From the NCBI GenBank assembly GCA_026625185.1, contig CP113000.1, forward strand, positions 270,001 through 302,000: a DNA stretch of 32,000 bases. Direction: 5' to 3'. Numbering within the stretch: the first letter of the stretch is position 1; every line of letters starts with the position of its first letter. Below the pieces are notes generated by a model that made no database searches, was not told where the DNA came from, and saw only the letters and a program-made list of their open reading frames with translations. Source of the stretch: Thermodesulfobacteriota bacterium. GTDB lineage: Bacteria > Desulfobacterota > WTBG01 > JAGOGO01. The position numbers and the translations under genes are program-made. Shown piece after piece: positions 17,446 through 26,971 of this stretch.

Positions 17446-17477
17446 AAAAAAAGGGTTGATCGTCCGAAAATCAACCC
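17446..17477 (-). terminator. Rho-independent terminator downstream of ptsN
   Basis: The minus strand reads GGGTTGAT-tttcggacg-ATCAACCC followed by TTTTTTT. This is an 8-bp stem (17453-17460/17470-17477) with a 9-nt loop and a T7 tail (17446-17452). Confidence 0.65.
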
Positions 17478-17521
17478 CGTGAATTTTTTCTTTTGCTTTG
17501 TGTAAACAGCAACCGGTAACC

Positions 17522-17983
17522 TTAATATTTTTCATCTTCCTGGGCGATGATATCATAAATTTCCTGGGACGTGGTGGCTTCCATAATATTTCTTCTAAAG
17601 GCGCTGTCTTTCAATAACCGCGAAATTCGTGCTAAAGCTTTTAAATGGATACCAGCCGAATTTTCCGGGGCAATAAGAAGGAAAATAATGTGCGTTGGTT
17701 TTCCATCCATGGATTGAAAATCCACGCCGTCAACGCTTCGGCCAAAAGAAACGATCAAATTTTCGATCCTTTTAATTTTTCCGTGGGGAATGGCGATCCC
17801 ATCTCCGATCCCGGTTGAGCCGAGTTCTTCTCGTTCTAAAAGCACTCGGAGAAGTTCGGCGCTGTCAACATTCGACTCTTTTTTAACTACACAATCCGCC
17901 AATTCTTTTAATGCTTCTTTTTTTGTTTTGGCGACCAGCATGGGGATTATAAGGTCTTTGTTCATTAATTCGGTAATTTTCAT
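17522..17983 (-). CDS. ptsN: PTS IIA-like nitrogen regulatory protein PtsN (EIIA-Ntr)
   Basis: 153 aa. 'REELGSTGIGDGIAIPHGK' with the phosphorylatable His. Sits between hpf and rapZ, as in the classic rpoN operon. Confidence 0.9.
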   Translation of the reverse strand: MKITELMNKDLIIPMLVAKTKKEALKELADCVVKKESNVDSAELLRVLLEREELGSTGIGDGIAIPHGKIKRIENLIVSFGRSVDGVDFQSMDGKPTHIIFLLIAPENSAGIHLKALARISRLLKDSAFRRNIMEATTSQEIYDIIAQEDEKY

Positions 17984-18016
17984 GATAAATCCTTTCGGAA
18001 CAAATAAGGTCTTTGT

Positions 18017-18562
18017 TTATTCGTTCAAACTTTCGGTTTCAATTAATCCGTAATCTCCATCGCGGCGTTGGTATAAAACGTTGACTCGATGTGATTGCGC
18101 ATTGGTAAAAACCAAAAAATCTTTTTTTATTACGTCAAGCTGCATAACCGCTTCTTCTACGGTCATGGGCTTTACAAAATAGTGTTCGGTGTGGATTACT
18201 TTATGACTTTGAGTTTCGCTTCCGTTTTCAAGGGAGATAATATTGTGTCGAATAGTAAATTCCGTAGCTCCTTTTTTCTTTTTAAGCTTTGATTTGTAGC
18301 GACTCGCCTGGTTCAGCAGTTTATCCATGACAAGGTCAATAGCGGTAAAGAGGTTTTCGTTAGAAGTCTCCTTGCTGTTGAGCTTAATCCCATCGGCAAT
18401 GATATTCACCTCCGCGATAAACCTTCTTTTTTCTACTGCCAGCACTGCCTCGGCTTTTACCCCCCGATCAAAAAATTTTTTAATCCGAGAGATTTTTTCT
18501 TCCGCATATTTTTTTAACTCGTCATTTGGTTCTACATGTCTGAACGTCACAGAAATTTCCAT
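18017..18562 (-). CDS. hpf: Ribosome hibernation promoting factor (long HPF / sigma-54 modulation protein)
   Basis: 181 aa. 'MEISVTFRHVEPNDELKKYAEEKI' in the N-terminal domain plus a C-terminal dimerisation domain ('FLVFTNAQSHRVNVLYQRRDGDYGLIE'). Confidence 0.9.
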   Translation of the reverse strand: MEISVTFRHVEPNDELKKYAEEKISRIKKFFDRGVKAEAVLAVEKRRFIAEVNIIADGIKLNSKETSNENLFTAIDLVMDKLLNQASRYKSKLKKKKGATEFTIRHNIISLENGSETQSHKVIHTEHYFVKPMTVEEAVMQLDVIKKDFLVFTNAQSHRVNVLYQRRDGDYGLIETESLNE

Positions 18563-18637
18563 AGCTTTTTATACCTCAACGTTAATTAGTTTAAAACAAA
18601 CAACTTCATCATTGTCTACCATAGTAACTTTTTTGTT

Positions 18638-20095
18638 TTAAAATGCTTTTTTCCTTATATGGGAGGGGAGGATGGACATCATTTTACGGTATTTGGTTAC
18701 CGTTCGCCGAGCAATATTAATGTTGTTACCCTTTAAAATTTCCACAATTTCCTGATCGCTATAAGGAGAGATTGTGTTTTCTATGGCGATTATTTTCCTG
18801 ATCCTATCTTTAACGCTTTTTGAAGCAAAGTTATCGCCATCCAGCGAGTTTATACTGCTGTTAAAAAAGAATTTTAGTTCAAAAATCCCATGCGAGGTAT
18901 GAACATATTTATTATTGGTAGCCCGGCTTACGGTTGATTCGTGCATGTTGATGTCTTCCGCCACATCCCTTAAAATGAGCGGCTTTAACCAGTCGATCCC
19001 TTTGTTAAAAAAATCTTTTTGAAACTTAATAATACTATACATGACATTTCGCAAGGTATTTTGACGGTGATAAATACTTTTTATCAGCCATACCGCTGAT
19101 CGTAGTTTATTCTGAATATATTCTTTAGAATCCTCGGCGACGCGGTTGTTATTTCCGAGGATTTGCCGGTAAAAAGCGTTAATATGGAGTCGAGGCAACC
19201 CATCATCATTGAGCACCACAACAAATTCTTCTCCGATTTTATAAACATAAAGATCAGGGGTAATATATTTGGGCTCTTCGGTATCGAAAGCTCGGCCGGG
19301 CTTTGGGTCCAAAGAATAAATTATTTTGACTGCCCTGATTACATCTTCCCGGCGAACCTGGAGGTCCTTGGCGATAACATCATATTTTTTGGCGCCCAAG
19401 GTGTTCATGTGGCGGTCAAGAATTTTTTCGATAAAAATTTTATCTTTTTCTTTAATATTAGTAAGTTGAAGACGAAGACATTCTTTTAAATTTCGTGCTG
19501 CCACTCCCGGGGGATCAAACTTTTGAACCTCCTTCAAAATGACTTCCATTGTATTTATTGTAGTGCCGGATGATAAGGCCAGGTCTTCTAACGTAGCGTT
19601 TAAATATCCATTGTTATCAAGGTTGCCGATGATGAGTTGCCCCAGTTTTTTTTCTTCCAGGGTCAAGGGCGCGAAAACAAGCTGTTCGAAAAGATGATCC
19701 TGGAGGCTGCCTCTTTTATTTGGATTCCTTTCAAAAAATGAAATCGATTCATCATCATTTTCTTCCCGATCAAAGAAGGAAGATCCCCAGGGAGTTTTTG
19801 CGTCATGGTAGAGGTAATCCTGCCAATCAAAATCAGCGTCTTTGGCGTCGTTGCCAATGTCTGGTTTTTCATCTCCAACGGTGCTTATTTCTTCGGTTAT
19901 TTGAGTTTCTTGATCAGTTTTTTCTGCGTCGGTGTCCTGAACTTCTTCCAAGATGGGGTTTTCTTTCATTTCTTGGCGGATGAGATCTAATAGTTCTATT
20001 CGGGAAAGCTGGAGGAGTTTAATGGCCTGCTGGAGCTGAGGGGTCATTACCAGCTGTTGGGTAAGTTTTAAAGTTTGTTTGATTTCCAGTGCCAT
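18638..20095 (-). CDS. rpoN: RNA polymerase sigma-54 factor
   Basis: 485 aa. Region I 'LKLTQQLVMTPQLQQAIKLLQLSRIEL', an acidic region II, HTH 'HESTVSRA' and RpoN box 'ARRTVTKYR'. Confidence 0.95.
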   Translation of the reverse strand: MALEIKQTLKLTQQLVMTPQLQQAIKLLQLSRIELLDLIRQEMKENPILEEVQDTDAEKTDQETQITEEISTVGDEKPDIGNDAKDADFDWQDYLYHDAKTPWGSSFFDREENDDESISFFERNPNKRGSLQDHLFEQLVFAPLTLEEKKLGQLIIGNLDNNGYLNATLEDLALSSGTTINTMEVILKEVQKFDPPGVAARNLKECLRLQLTNIKEKDKIFIEKILDRHMNTLGAKKYDVIAKDLQVRREDVIRAVKIIYSLDPKPGRAFDTEEPKYITPDLYVYKIGEEFVVVLNDDGLPRLHINAFYRQILGNNNRVAEDSKEYIQNKLRSAVWLIKSIYHRQNTLRNVMYSIIKFQKDFFNKGIDWLKPLILRDVAEDINMHESTVSRATNNKYVHTSHGIFELKFFFNSSINSLDGDNFASKSVKDRIRKIIAIENTISPYSDQEIVEILKGNNINIARRTVTKYRKMMSILPSHIRKKAF

Positions 20096-20109
20096 ATCAA
20101 AAGGTCTTA

Positions 20110-20877
20110 TTATAATTCATCTCTTAATTTTTTCAACTCGGCCTTTGCCTCACCGATTCCCAGTAAGGACTTTTCTCCCAAATAGGCTTCACGCGCTTTT
20201 TTGCTTCGATAGATTGTTTCCGAATCACCTTCTTCGACAATTCGACCTTTGTAAAGAATATATGACCGGTCACAAATGAGCAGTGTCTCTTGGTAGTTAT
20301 GGTCAGAGATAAGGATACCCATATTTTTTTCCTTTAGGCCGCGAATAATCACTTGAATTTCTCCTACCGCAATAGGATCAATACCGGTGAAAGGCTCATC
20401 TAATAGAAGAAAAGAAGGTGAGGTAACTAAAGCCCGGCTAATTTCTACCCGGCGGCGCTCTCCTCCGGATAGAGAGTAGGCTTTGTTTTTTGCCAAAGCC
20501 TGAAGATTCAGGTCGTTAAGAAGTTTATTTAAACGAAGCTCTCGTTCTTCTTGACTTATATCGAGGGTCTCAAGTATGGCCATAATATTTTCTTCTACCG
20601 TGAGCTTCCTGAAAACCGAAGGTTCTTGGGGTAGATAACTAATTCCCTTGCGTGCCCGGAGATACATGGGTAAATCAGTAATTTCTTCGTTATTGAGCAT
20701 GGCCTTTCCCTGATTAGGTTTAATAAGGCCTACGATCATATAAAACGTAGTGGTTTTCCCGGCTCCATTTGGGCCGAGGAGTCCCACGATCTCACCCGCT
20801 TTAACGTTGAGGTTCACCTCATTAACTACTTTTCGTTTTCCGTAAAATTTGGTTAAGCCTTCTGCGATAATTTTCAT
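20110..20877 (-). CDS. lptB: LPS export ABC transporter ATP-binding protein
   Basis: Walker A 'GPNGAGKTT', signature 'LSGGERRR', Walker B 'LLLDEP'. ATG 20877 (MKIIAEGLTKFYGKRKVV...) matches the usual LptB N-terminus. The track start at 20913 is a GTG overlapping the end of lptA. Confidence 0.95.
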   Translation of the reverse strand: MKIIAEGLTKFYGKRKVVNEVNLNVKAGEIVGLLGPNGAGKTTTFYMIVGLIKPNQGKAMLNNEEITDLPMYLRARKGISYLPQEPSVFRKLTVEENIMAILETLDISQEERELRLNKLLNDLNLQALAKNKAYSLSGGERRRVEISRALVTSPSFLLLDEPFTGIDPIAVGEIQVIIRGLKEKNMGILISDHNYQETLLICDRSYILYKGRIVEEGDSETIYRSKKAREAYLGEKSLLGIGEAKAELKKLRDEL

Positions 20878-20890
20878 TATTTTTTCTCGG

Positions 20891-22297
20891 TTATTTATTA
20901 ACTCCCTTTCCACCCGGATAAATTATTGCGTTTACCCGGCCTTTTTTCCCGTCTTCTTGCTTGCCGGACTCAACTTCAACCCGGTCTTCTTTGATAAAAA
21001 CAATGATCTTATCACCAGTTATGATGTTTTTGCCTTGCCAGACCTTAGGTTTTCCTGTCATGACAACCTTTTGTTGGGGCAATTGAAAAAAAGTTGCTTC
21101 TTGGCAGGTGGCAGTTCGATCAGTTTGATTAATTTTTACATTGCCCCGGGCGATGATCTTTTCGACCGTGTTTTGTTCAGTATAAACCGTAGAAAGTTGA
21201 TCGGAAAAAATAATCATATCTTCCCGCTTGGCTACCACATTACCCAGGAAACTTACCGTCCGATTCCGGTTATCCGCCACCATTCGGTCAGAGGTGATGT
21301 TTACGGGTTGGTCTGAGCTTAAGCCTTTAGGTTTAAGAAGTTGCGCCTTATCATCAGACGCTTTTTTGGGATGTCCGGAAGGAGCTTCGGCTGTTGAATC
21401 AGTCATGGGCTCAGAAGGCTGCTCCATTACGTGCGTTTGAGTTTTTCCCGTTTCTGGCACTTGAGGAGGAGATTTGGTTTTGCCCAAAGAAGATTCTTCT
21501 TTGACGGAAGAAGATGGCGCTGGTTTCTGAGTGGTTTGTGCTTCTGTTGCAGGAGCGGAGGGCGTTGGCTCACTGGGTGCTTCAGGGGCAGCTGTGGTTT
21601 GTTCGGAAGAAGCTTCAGCGGTAGCCACAGTTGCTGGTTCGGAAGCCTGCTTGTTCAGATTTGTCTGGGTTGTGGTGGTGGCTTGTTCCTCTTGAGATGA
21701 AGAGGTAATCTCCGCCACCTGAGGGGCTTCTGCGATTACCGCCGGGGGGGGGAATGCAAGAACTACCTGTGAGACATGATGAGAAATTTTATCTCCCAAA
21801 TTTTTCAGTAAGAGGTCCAAATCCTTTCCTTCCACAAAATCTTTATACGGGGGCGAGGACATCAAAGTAGTAAATACTCGGGCATCGATACTTAAATTAT
21901 CTTCGATTTTGGTTAGGCTGCCATAAATGAGAAAATGAGCTCCCGTTCTCTCTGCGATAAGACTCAGTTCTTGAGGGGAAAAAGTTCCCGAACCTGCTTT
22001 TTTTCTGGATATGTTATTAATCTCTTCTTGATTAATAATGGCAAATTCCTCTTTTGTTTTTAATTGCTGGGATAAATTAGTGGCAATGACCTCGTTGAGA
22101 TATTCCACTTTCTCCCCACTAAAAATTTGAAAGGGAAGGATTCCGACCTGGGCAGCGCTTTTGCCCCAGATGGTATTTTTATCCCCAACCCACAACAGAA
22201 GGAGTAGGACCAAAAAAACACAAAAAACTGTTTTTCCGGAAAAGAATCCTTGCAAATATTTATCGGTATTCTTGTAACTAATCATAATATTTTCCAT
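20891..22297 (-). CDS. lptA: LptA/OstA-domain protein with N-terminal membrane anchor, extra periplasmic domain and long low-complexity linker
   Basis: 468 aa. TM helix 'TVFCVFLVLLLLLWV'. A globular region at ~aa 45-180 ('GILPFQIFSGEKVEYLNEVIATNL...GAHFLIYGSLTKIEDNLSIDARVF'). A P/T/S/A/E/Q-rich linker at ~aa 181-330. A C-terminal OstA_N-like beta-jellyroll ('VNITSDRMVADNRNRTVSFLGNVVAKREDMIIFSDQL...ARGNVKINQTDRTATCQEATF...VMTGKPKVWQGKNIITGDKIIVF'). Located between lptC and lptB. Confidence 0.8.
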   Translation of the reverse strand: MENIMISYKNTDKYLQGFFSGKTVFCVFLVLLLLLWVGDKNTIWGKSAAQVGILPFQIFSGEKVEYLNEVIATNLSQQLKTKEEFAIINQEEINNISRKKAGSGTFSPQELSLIAERTGAHFLIYGSLTKIEDNLSIDARVFTTLMSSPPYKDFVEGKDLDLLLKNLGDKISHHVSQVVLAFPPPAVIAEAPQVAEITSSSQEEQATTTTQTNLNKQASEPATVATAEASSEQTTAAPEAPSEPTPSAPATEAQTTQKPAPSSSVKEESSLGKTKSPPQVPETGKTQTHVMEQPSEPMTDSTAEAPSGHPKKASDDKAQLLKPKGLSSDQPVNITSDRMVADNRNRTVSFLGNVVAKREDMIIFSDQLSTVYTEQNTVEKIIARGNVKINQTDRTATCQEATFFQLPQQKVVMTGKPKVWQGKNIITGDKIIVFIKEDRVEVESGKQEDGKKGRVNAIIYPGGKGVNK

Positions 22298-22396
22298 GCT
22301 TAAAGGTTATGGGTTGTCAAAAAAATGGAGTATGAGAGTAAGGAAGACAAACAAAAATCCCTTATCACCCCTTTACGCCAAAACTAAACAGCATTC

Positions 22397-22987
22397 TTAT
22401 TTCCCTTTTGTTACCTGAGCTTTTACATTCTTTACGAGAAATAGTTTTTGTTCTTTTACATCCAGAACCATTCCTGTTCCTTCCAGCTTAAACTGAGGGC
22501 TTTCCAAATAAACTTTCTTGTCAGTACGGGCTTGGTTTTTATCACCCGTGTAGGTTAACGTCTCAGTTCGGAATTTATAGCCGTCACTCGAAGTGCCCAC
22601 CACATTGCCTGATAACTCAAAGTCTTTGGCCTCGGTATTCAAAATGCCTTTATCTGCCATCACGGTAAAAGTTCGGCCTTCCTTAGAATAAAAGGTGGCG
22701 TTTACTTTTTCGAATCCCACCATCTTATTGCCCTGAAAATAGCTGGCAGTATCAGACTTAAGCTTCCACTCCTTTACCCCTTGCGCATTGGTTGAAGTAT
22801 ATTCAAAATTATTAATGATGATATCAGCCCCCTGAGGGTTTTCAGGTACGGGCGGAGGTTTGGGAGTTTTTTTTTCTGATAACGTTAGGGTTAAGACTAT
22901 TATTATCCCCAAAAAAGAAGCGACTCCTATTCCAGCCAAGAAACGTTTTGCCTTCTTAAAAGCAATTTTGTTTGGTATGAATTTCAA
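22397..22987 (-). CDS. lptC: LPS export ABC transporter periplasmic protein LptC
   Basis: 196 aa. N-terminal TM anchor 'FLAGIGVASFLGIIIVLTLTL' followed by an LptC-type beta-jellyroll ('WKLKSDTASYFQGNKMVGFEKVNATFYSKEG...LSGNVV'). The start codon is TTG, the only start upstream of the TM helix. Confidence 0.8.
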   Translation of the reverse strand: MKFIPNKIAFKKAKRFLAGIGVASFLGIIIVLTLTLSEKKTPKPPPVPENPQGADIIINNFEYTSTNAQGVKEWKLKSDTASYFQGNKMVGFEKVNATFYSKEGRTFTVMADKGILNTEAKDFELSGNVVGTSSDGYKFRTETLTYTGDKNQARTDKKVYLESPQFKLEGTGMVLDVKEQKLFLVKNVKAQVTKGK

Positions 22988-23020
22988 GTTATCAAACCCT
23001 AAAGGAAAAAGCGTGCAGGG

Positions 23021-23533
23021 CTATTGTAATTGTTCGACGCATTTTTTCCACTTTTTTTGTGATGTTAATAGTAACTCACATACTTCTCGAACCGCTCCCT
23101 TTCCTCCCGGGAGTCTGGTTACATAATCAACCGCTTTTTTAACTTCTTTCACTGCATCGGAAACCCCAACGGCAAACCCCACACGGTATAAAAGGGGTAA
23201 GTCCATCAGGTCATCTCCCATAAAACCTATTTCCTCAGGATTTATTTTATTTTTTTTTAAAATTTCATCAAATACCGCCACCTTGTCTTTTATCCCTTGG
23301 TAAACTTCTTGGATACCCAAATCCTTAGCTCGATATTCTACTGCCCGTGACTTCCGACCGGAAATGATTGCCACCTTTATCCCCCCTTGGATTAACATCT
23401 TTATTCCCAACCCGTCCTTGACGTTGAATGATTTTGATTCTCCTCCTTTATCGAAATAAATTATTGCTCCATCGGTCAAAACTCCATCAACGTCTAAAAT
23501 CAACAGTCGGACTTTTTTGGCTTTTTCTATCAT
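23021..23533 (-). CDS. kdsC: 3-deoxy-D-manno-octulosonate 8-phosphate phosphatase (HAD-IIIA)
   Basis: 'KVRLLILDVDGVLTDG', 'KSFNVKDG', 'GDDLMDLP'. I prefer ATG 23533 (MIEKAKKV...), 1 nt after the kdsD stop. The track's longer ORF overlaps kdsD by ~100 nt. Confidence 0.9.
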   Translation of the reverse strand: MIEKAKKVRLLILDVDGVLTDGAIIYFDKGGESKSFNVKDGLGIKMLIQGGIKVAIISGRKSRAVEYRAKDLGIQEVYQGIKDKVAVFDEILKKNKINPEEIGFMGDDLMDLPLLYRVGFAVGVSDAVKEVKKAVDYVTRLPGGKGAVREVCELLLTSQKKWKKCVEQLQ

Positions 23534-23534
23534 C

Positions 23535-24500
23535 CTAAACAATTCCTGCTTTGAGCAAATCGTGCAAATGGATAACCCCAACCACACGGGTTGGCTTTCC
23601 CCTTTTATAGACAAAAAGAGCGGTAATGGCATACTCTTCCATCAGTTCGAGGGCAATGACCGCCAGTGCGTCCCAAGAGATCCATTTCGGGTTGGTGGTC
23701 ATGATTTCTAAAGCTTTTTTGTTGAGTAAATCGCTATGTTTTTCCAAAGCTCGGCGAAGGTCTCCGTCGGTAATTACGCCAACTAAGTTTTTACTTTTAT
23801 TCACCACTCCGGTTACCCCGAGGCGCTTGGAAGTCATCTCTAATAAGACATCTTTCATAATGGTATTTTCTCGTACCAAAGGAACAGCGCTTCCGCTGTG
23901 CATAAGATCCGTAACCTTTAAGAGGAGCCTTTTCCCTAACGTTCCTCCGGGATGCAGGATGGCAAAATTTTCTTGTTTGAACCCCTTTTTTTTCAGGACG
24001 GCGATCGCCAAGGCATCTCCCATAGCTAAGGCGGCAGTGGTAGAAGAGGTGGGAACGAAACCCCAGGGGCACGCTTCTTCCTTGACACTGGTATTGATGA
24101 TGGTATCCCCCCGCGAGGCTAAAGTAGAATTTGCATTGCCGGTAAAGACAATTATTTTTAACTTCATGTGCTTAAGGAGCGGGATCAATTGAAGGACTTC
24201 AGCAGTTTCGCCGCTGTTGGAAATAACGATTACCACATCCTTGGGAGAAAGCATCCCGAGATCACCGTGGACACCATCAGCCGGGTGGAGAAAAAAGGAC
24301 GGCGTTCCGGTGCTCGCCAAGGTGGACGCAATCTTTTTGCTGATAAACCCGGATTTTCCAATACCGGTTAGAACCACTTTGCCCTTGCATGTGGAGATAA
24401 GATCTACGGCACGAACAAAATTTTCATTGATTTTATCAATGAGGTTCAAGATTGACTCAGCTTCAATTTTTAGAACCTTCTTGGCTGTCTCCACGATCAT
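23535..24500 (-). CDS. kdsD: Arabinose-5-phosphate isomerase (SIS domain plus CBS pair)
   Basis: 321 aa. 'VVLTGIGKSGFISKKIASTLASTGTPSFFLHPAD', 'ISNSGET' and two C-terminal CBS repeats. Confidence 0.95.
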   Translation of the reverse strand: MIVETAKKVLKIEAESILNLIDKINENFVRAVDLISTCKGKVVLTGIGKSGFISKKIASTLASTGTPSFFLHPADGVHGDLGMLSPKDVVIVISNSGETAEVLQLIPLLKHMKLKIIVFTGNANSTLASRGDTIINTSVKEEACPWGFVPTSSTTAALAMGDALAIAVLKKKGFKQENFAILHPGGTLGKRLLLKVTDLMHSGSAVPLVRENTIMKDVLLEMTSKRLGVTGVVNKSKNLVGVITDGDLRRALEKHSDLLNKKALEIMTTNPKWISWDALAVIALELMEEYAITALFVYKRGKPTRVVGVIHLHDLLKAGIV

Positions 24501-24503
24501 GGT

Positions 24504-25331
24504 TTACTTTTTTTTACTTATGGTAAATATTTTTTTTATTTTCTTCAGTAAAGGAGAAAGTTCAGAAATCTTTAAGGAGTTAGGGCCATCACAAAGCGCT
24601 TCTTCGGGATTATCATGAACCTCTAAGTATAATCCATCTACACCTACTGCGCTTGCAGCCATGGTTAGATAAGGGATAAATTCCCGTTCCCCACCGGAAG
24701 CAGTGCCTTCTCCTCCGGGAAGCTGAACGCTGTGTGTAGCATCAAAGATTATGGGAAACCCGAATCTTCGCATAATCACTAATGATCGCATATCAACAAC
24801 TAAGTTGTTGTAACCAAAAGACGTCCCTCGTTCAGTTAAAAGGATATGGGGATTATCACAGGTGGTTATCTTTTTGGTGATCGGTCCGATTTCGTAAGGT
24901 GAGAGGAATTGTCCTTTTTTTATATTGATGGGCTTCCCGGTACGCGCAGCTTTAACGATAAGGTCAGTTTGACGGCATAAGAAGGCAGGGATTTGGATAA
25001 TGTCTAAAACTTTTTCTGCAGCGTTGACTTCTGAGATTTGATGAACATCTGAAAGGATAGGCACCCCCAATTTTTTTTTCACTTTTGCCAAGATTCTCAA
25101 CCCTTCCTTTAACCCCGGTCCTCGGTAAGAATTGATCGAGGTACGGTTAGCCTTATCATAAGAAGATTTAAAGATAAAGGGGATCTTCAGTTTTTCGGTG
25201 ATTGTCCTAAGCTCCTGAGCGAGCCAGAGGGTTTTATTTTCGGATTCGATCACACAGGGACCGGCAATTAATACGAGAGGATTTTCACCTCCGATTTTAA
25301 TATTATTGGTTATGGCTACTTCGTTGGTCAT
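24504..25331 (-). CDS. kdsA: 3-deoxy-8-phosphooctulonate synthase
   Basis: 275 aa. '[10 protein letters not shown]', '[10 protein letters not shown](T)S', '[13 protein letters not shown]', '[11 protein letters not shown]'. Confidence 0.95.
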   Translation of the reverse strand: MTNEVAITNNIKIGGENPLVLIAGPCVIESENKTLWLAQELRTITEKLKIPFIFKSSYDKANRTSINSYRGPGLKEGLRILAKVKKKLGVPILSDVHQISEVNAAEKVLDIIQIPAFLCRQTDLIVKAARTGKPINIKKGQFLSPYEIGPITKKITTCDNPHILLTERGTSFGYNNLVVDMRSLVIMRRFGFPIIFDATHSVQLPGGEGTASGGEREFIPYLTMAASAVGVDGLYLEVHDNPEEALCDGPNSLKISELSPLLKKIKKIFTISKKK

Positions 25332-26962
25332 GATTCATACCCTAAAGCTGCACGAATAAATTCTCGAAACAAGGGGTGGGGATCTTTTGGCCTGGATTTA
25401 AATTCCGGGTGGAACTGGCATCCCAAAAACCAGGGGTGGTCAGAGATCTCGATTATTTCCACCAACTTCCCATCTGGTGAAGTTCCCCCAATTTTAAGAC
25501 CATTACTAACTAGGATTTCTTGATACTTTTGATTGAATTCATAACGATGGCGGTGACGCTCATGGATAAGTTCTTTTTTATAGGCTTGATAGGTGAAGGT
25601 TTCTTTTTGAACTTGGCAAGGATATTCACCGAGCCGCATGGTCCCACCCAAATAGGAAGTTTCATCCCGCTGTTGCACTACATTATTTTTATAATCAATC
25701 CATTCTTTCAAAAGAAAAATGACCGGATACGGGGTATCCGGAATAAATTCCGCGCTATGGGCCTCTTTTAAGCCACAGACGGTCCGGGCAAATTCAATCA
25801 CCGCAAGCTGCATTCCGAGACAGATTCCAAAAAAAGGTATTTTATTTTCCCGGGCATGTCGGATAGCTTCAATTTTTCCATCAATTCCCCGGTTCCCAAA
25901 CCCCCCGGGCACCAGAATACCTTGCACACCAGAAAGAAAATTTTTTGCTCCCTTTTTTTCAATCTCTTCCGAGTCGACGAATTTAAGGCTAACCCGGCAG
26001 TTATTGGCAATACCGCCATGGATGAGAGCTTCATTGAGACTTTTATAGGAATCGATTAAATTGACATATTTTCCTATCACCCCAATGGTGGTTGATGACT
26101 CAGGATGATTAATTCTTTTTACAATTTCTTCCCACTGGCTCAGATTGGGCATTCCTGTCCAGATATTGAGAAATTCAACAATTTTTTCGTCAATCCCTTC
26201 TTGATGGAAAACCAGAGGCACTTCATAAATGTGGCCCACATCTAATGCGGTTATTACCGCACTTTTATCAATGTTACAGAAAAGGGCAATTTTTGACTTA
26301 ACATCATCAGGAAGGAATCGGTCGGTTCGGCAAATAAGGATATCGGGCTGAATCCCGATCTCCAGGAGTTCTTTCACGCTATGCTGAGTGGGTTTGGTTT
26401 TAAGTTGGCCGGCAGTCCCGATATAAGGGACGAGGGTGAGATGCACATACAAGACATTTTCTTTTCCCAAATCGGTTTTAAGCTGTCGTATTGCTTCCAG
26501 GAAAGGGAGAGATTCGATATCGCCCACTGTGCCGCCGATCTCAACAACAGCAATATCAGCTCCTTGCCCTACTGCCCTGATATTTTGTTTAATTTCATCA
26601 GTAACATGGGGGATAACCTGGACGGTGCCCCCTAAATACTCCCCTTTTCTCTCTTTATTGATAACAGCATCGTAAATTTGTCCGGTGGTAAAATTATTTT
26701 TTTTTCCCATCCGGGCAGAGGTATATCTTTCATAATGTCCCAAATCTAAATCAGTTTCGGCGCCATCATCAGTTACAAAAACTTCGCCATGCTGAAATGG
26801 GCTCATGGTTCCAGGGTCAACATTGATATAGGGGTCAAGTTTCAAAAAAGTAACCGTAAGTCCCCGCGCTTCCAGAAGGGTACCGATCGAAGCAGCCGCT
26901 ACTCCCTTGCCAAGCGATGAGAGAACTCCACCGGTAATAAAAATATATTTGGGCTTAATCAC
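25328..26962 (-). CDS. pyrG: CTP synthase
   Basis: 544 aa. '[16 protein letters not shown]', '[11 protein letters not shown]', glutaminase 'GICLGMQ' and 'HRHRYE'. GTG start preceded by AGGAGA. ATGA overlap with kdsA. Confidence 0.95.
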   Translation of the reverse strand: MIKPKYIFITGGVLSSLGKGVAAASIGTLLEARGLTVTFLKLDPYINVDPGTMSPFQHGEVFVTDDGAETDLDLGHYERYTSARMGKKNNFTTGQIYDAVINKERKGEYLGGTVQVIPHVTDEIKQNIRAVGQGADIAVVEIGGTVGDIESLPFLEAIRQLKTDLGKENVLYVHLTLVPYIGTAGQLKTKPTQHSVKELLEIGIQPDILICRTDRFLPDDVKSKIALFCNIDKSAVITALDVGHIYEVPLVFHQEGIDEKIVEFLNIWTGMPNLSQWEEIVKRINHPESSTTIGVIGKYVNLIDSYKSLNEALIHGGIANNCRVSLKFVDSEEIEKKGAKNFLSGVQGILVPGGFGNRGIDGKIEAIRHARENKIPFFGICLGMQLAVIEFARTVCGLKEAHSAEFIPDTPYPVIFLLKEWIDYKNNVVQQRDETSYLGGTMRLGEYPCQVQKETFTYQAYKKELIHERHRHRYEFNQKYQEILVSNGLKIGGTSPDGKLVEIIEISDHPWFLGCQFHPEFKSRPKDPHPLFREFIRAALGYES

Positions 26963-26971
26963 CTCTGTCTC

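Noticed and set aside
21431-21700. 89-aa R/F/G/C-rich plus-strand ORF
   Set aside because: It is antisense to the low-complexity P/T/S/A linker of the LptA-like gene, and this composition is the expected mirror artefact.
23626-24192. 188-aa plus-strand ORF, plus the 133-aa ORF at 24217-24618
   Set aside because: They are antisense to kdsD and kdsA, both of which have unambiguous family motifs. They show no motifs or RBS of their own.
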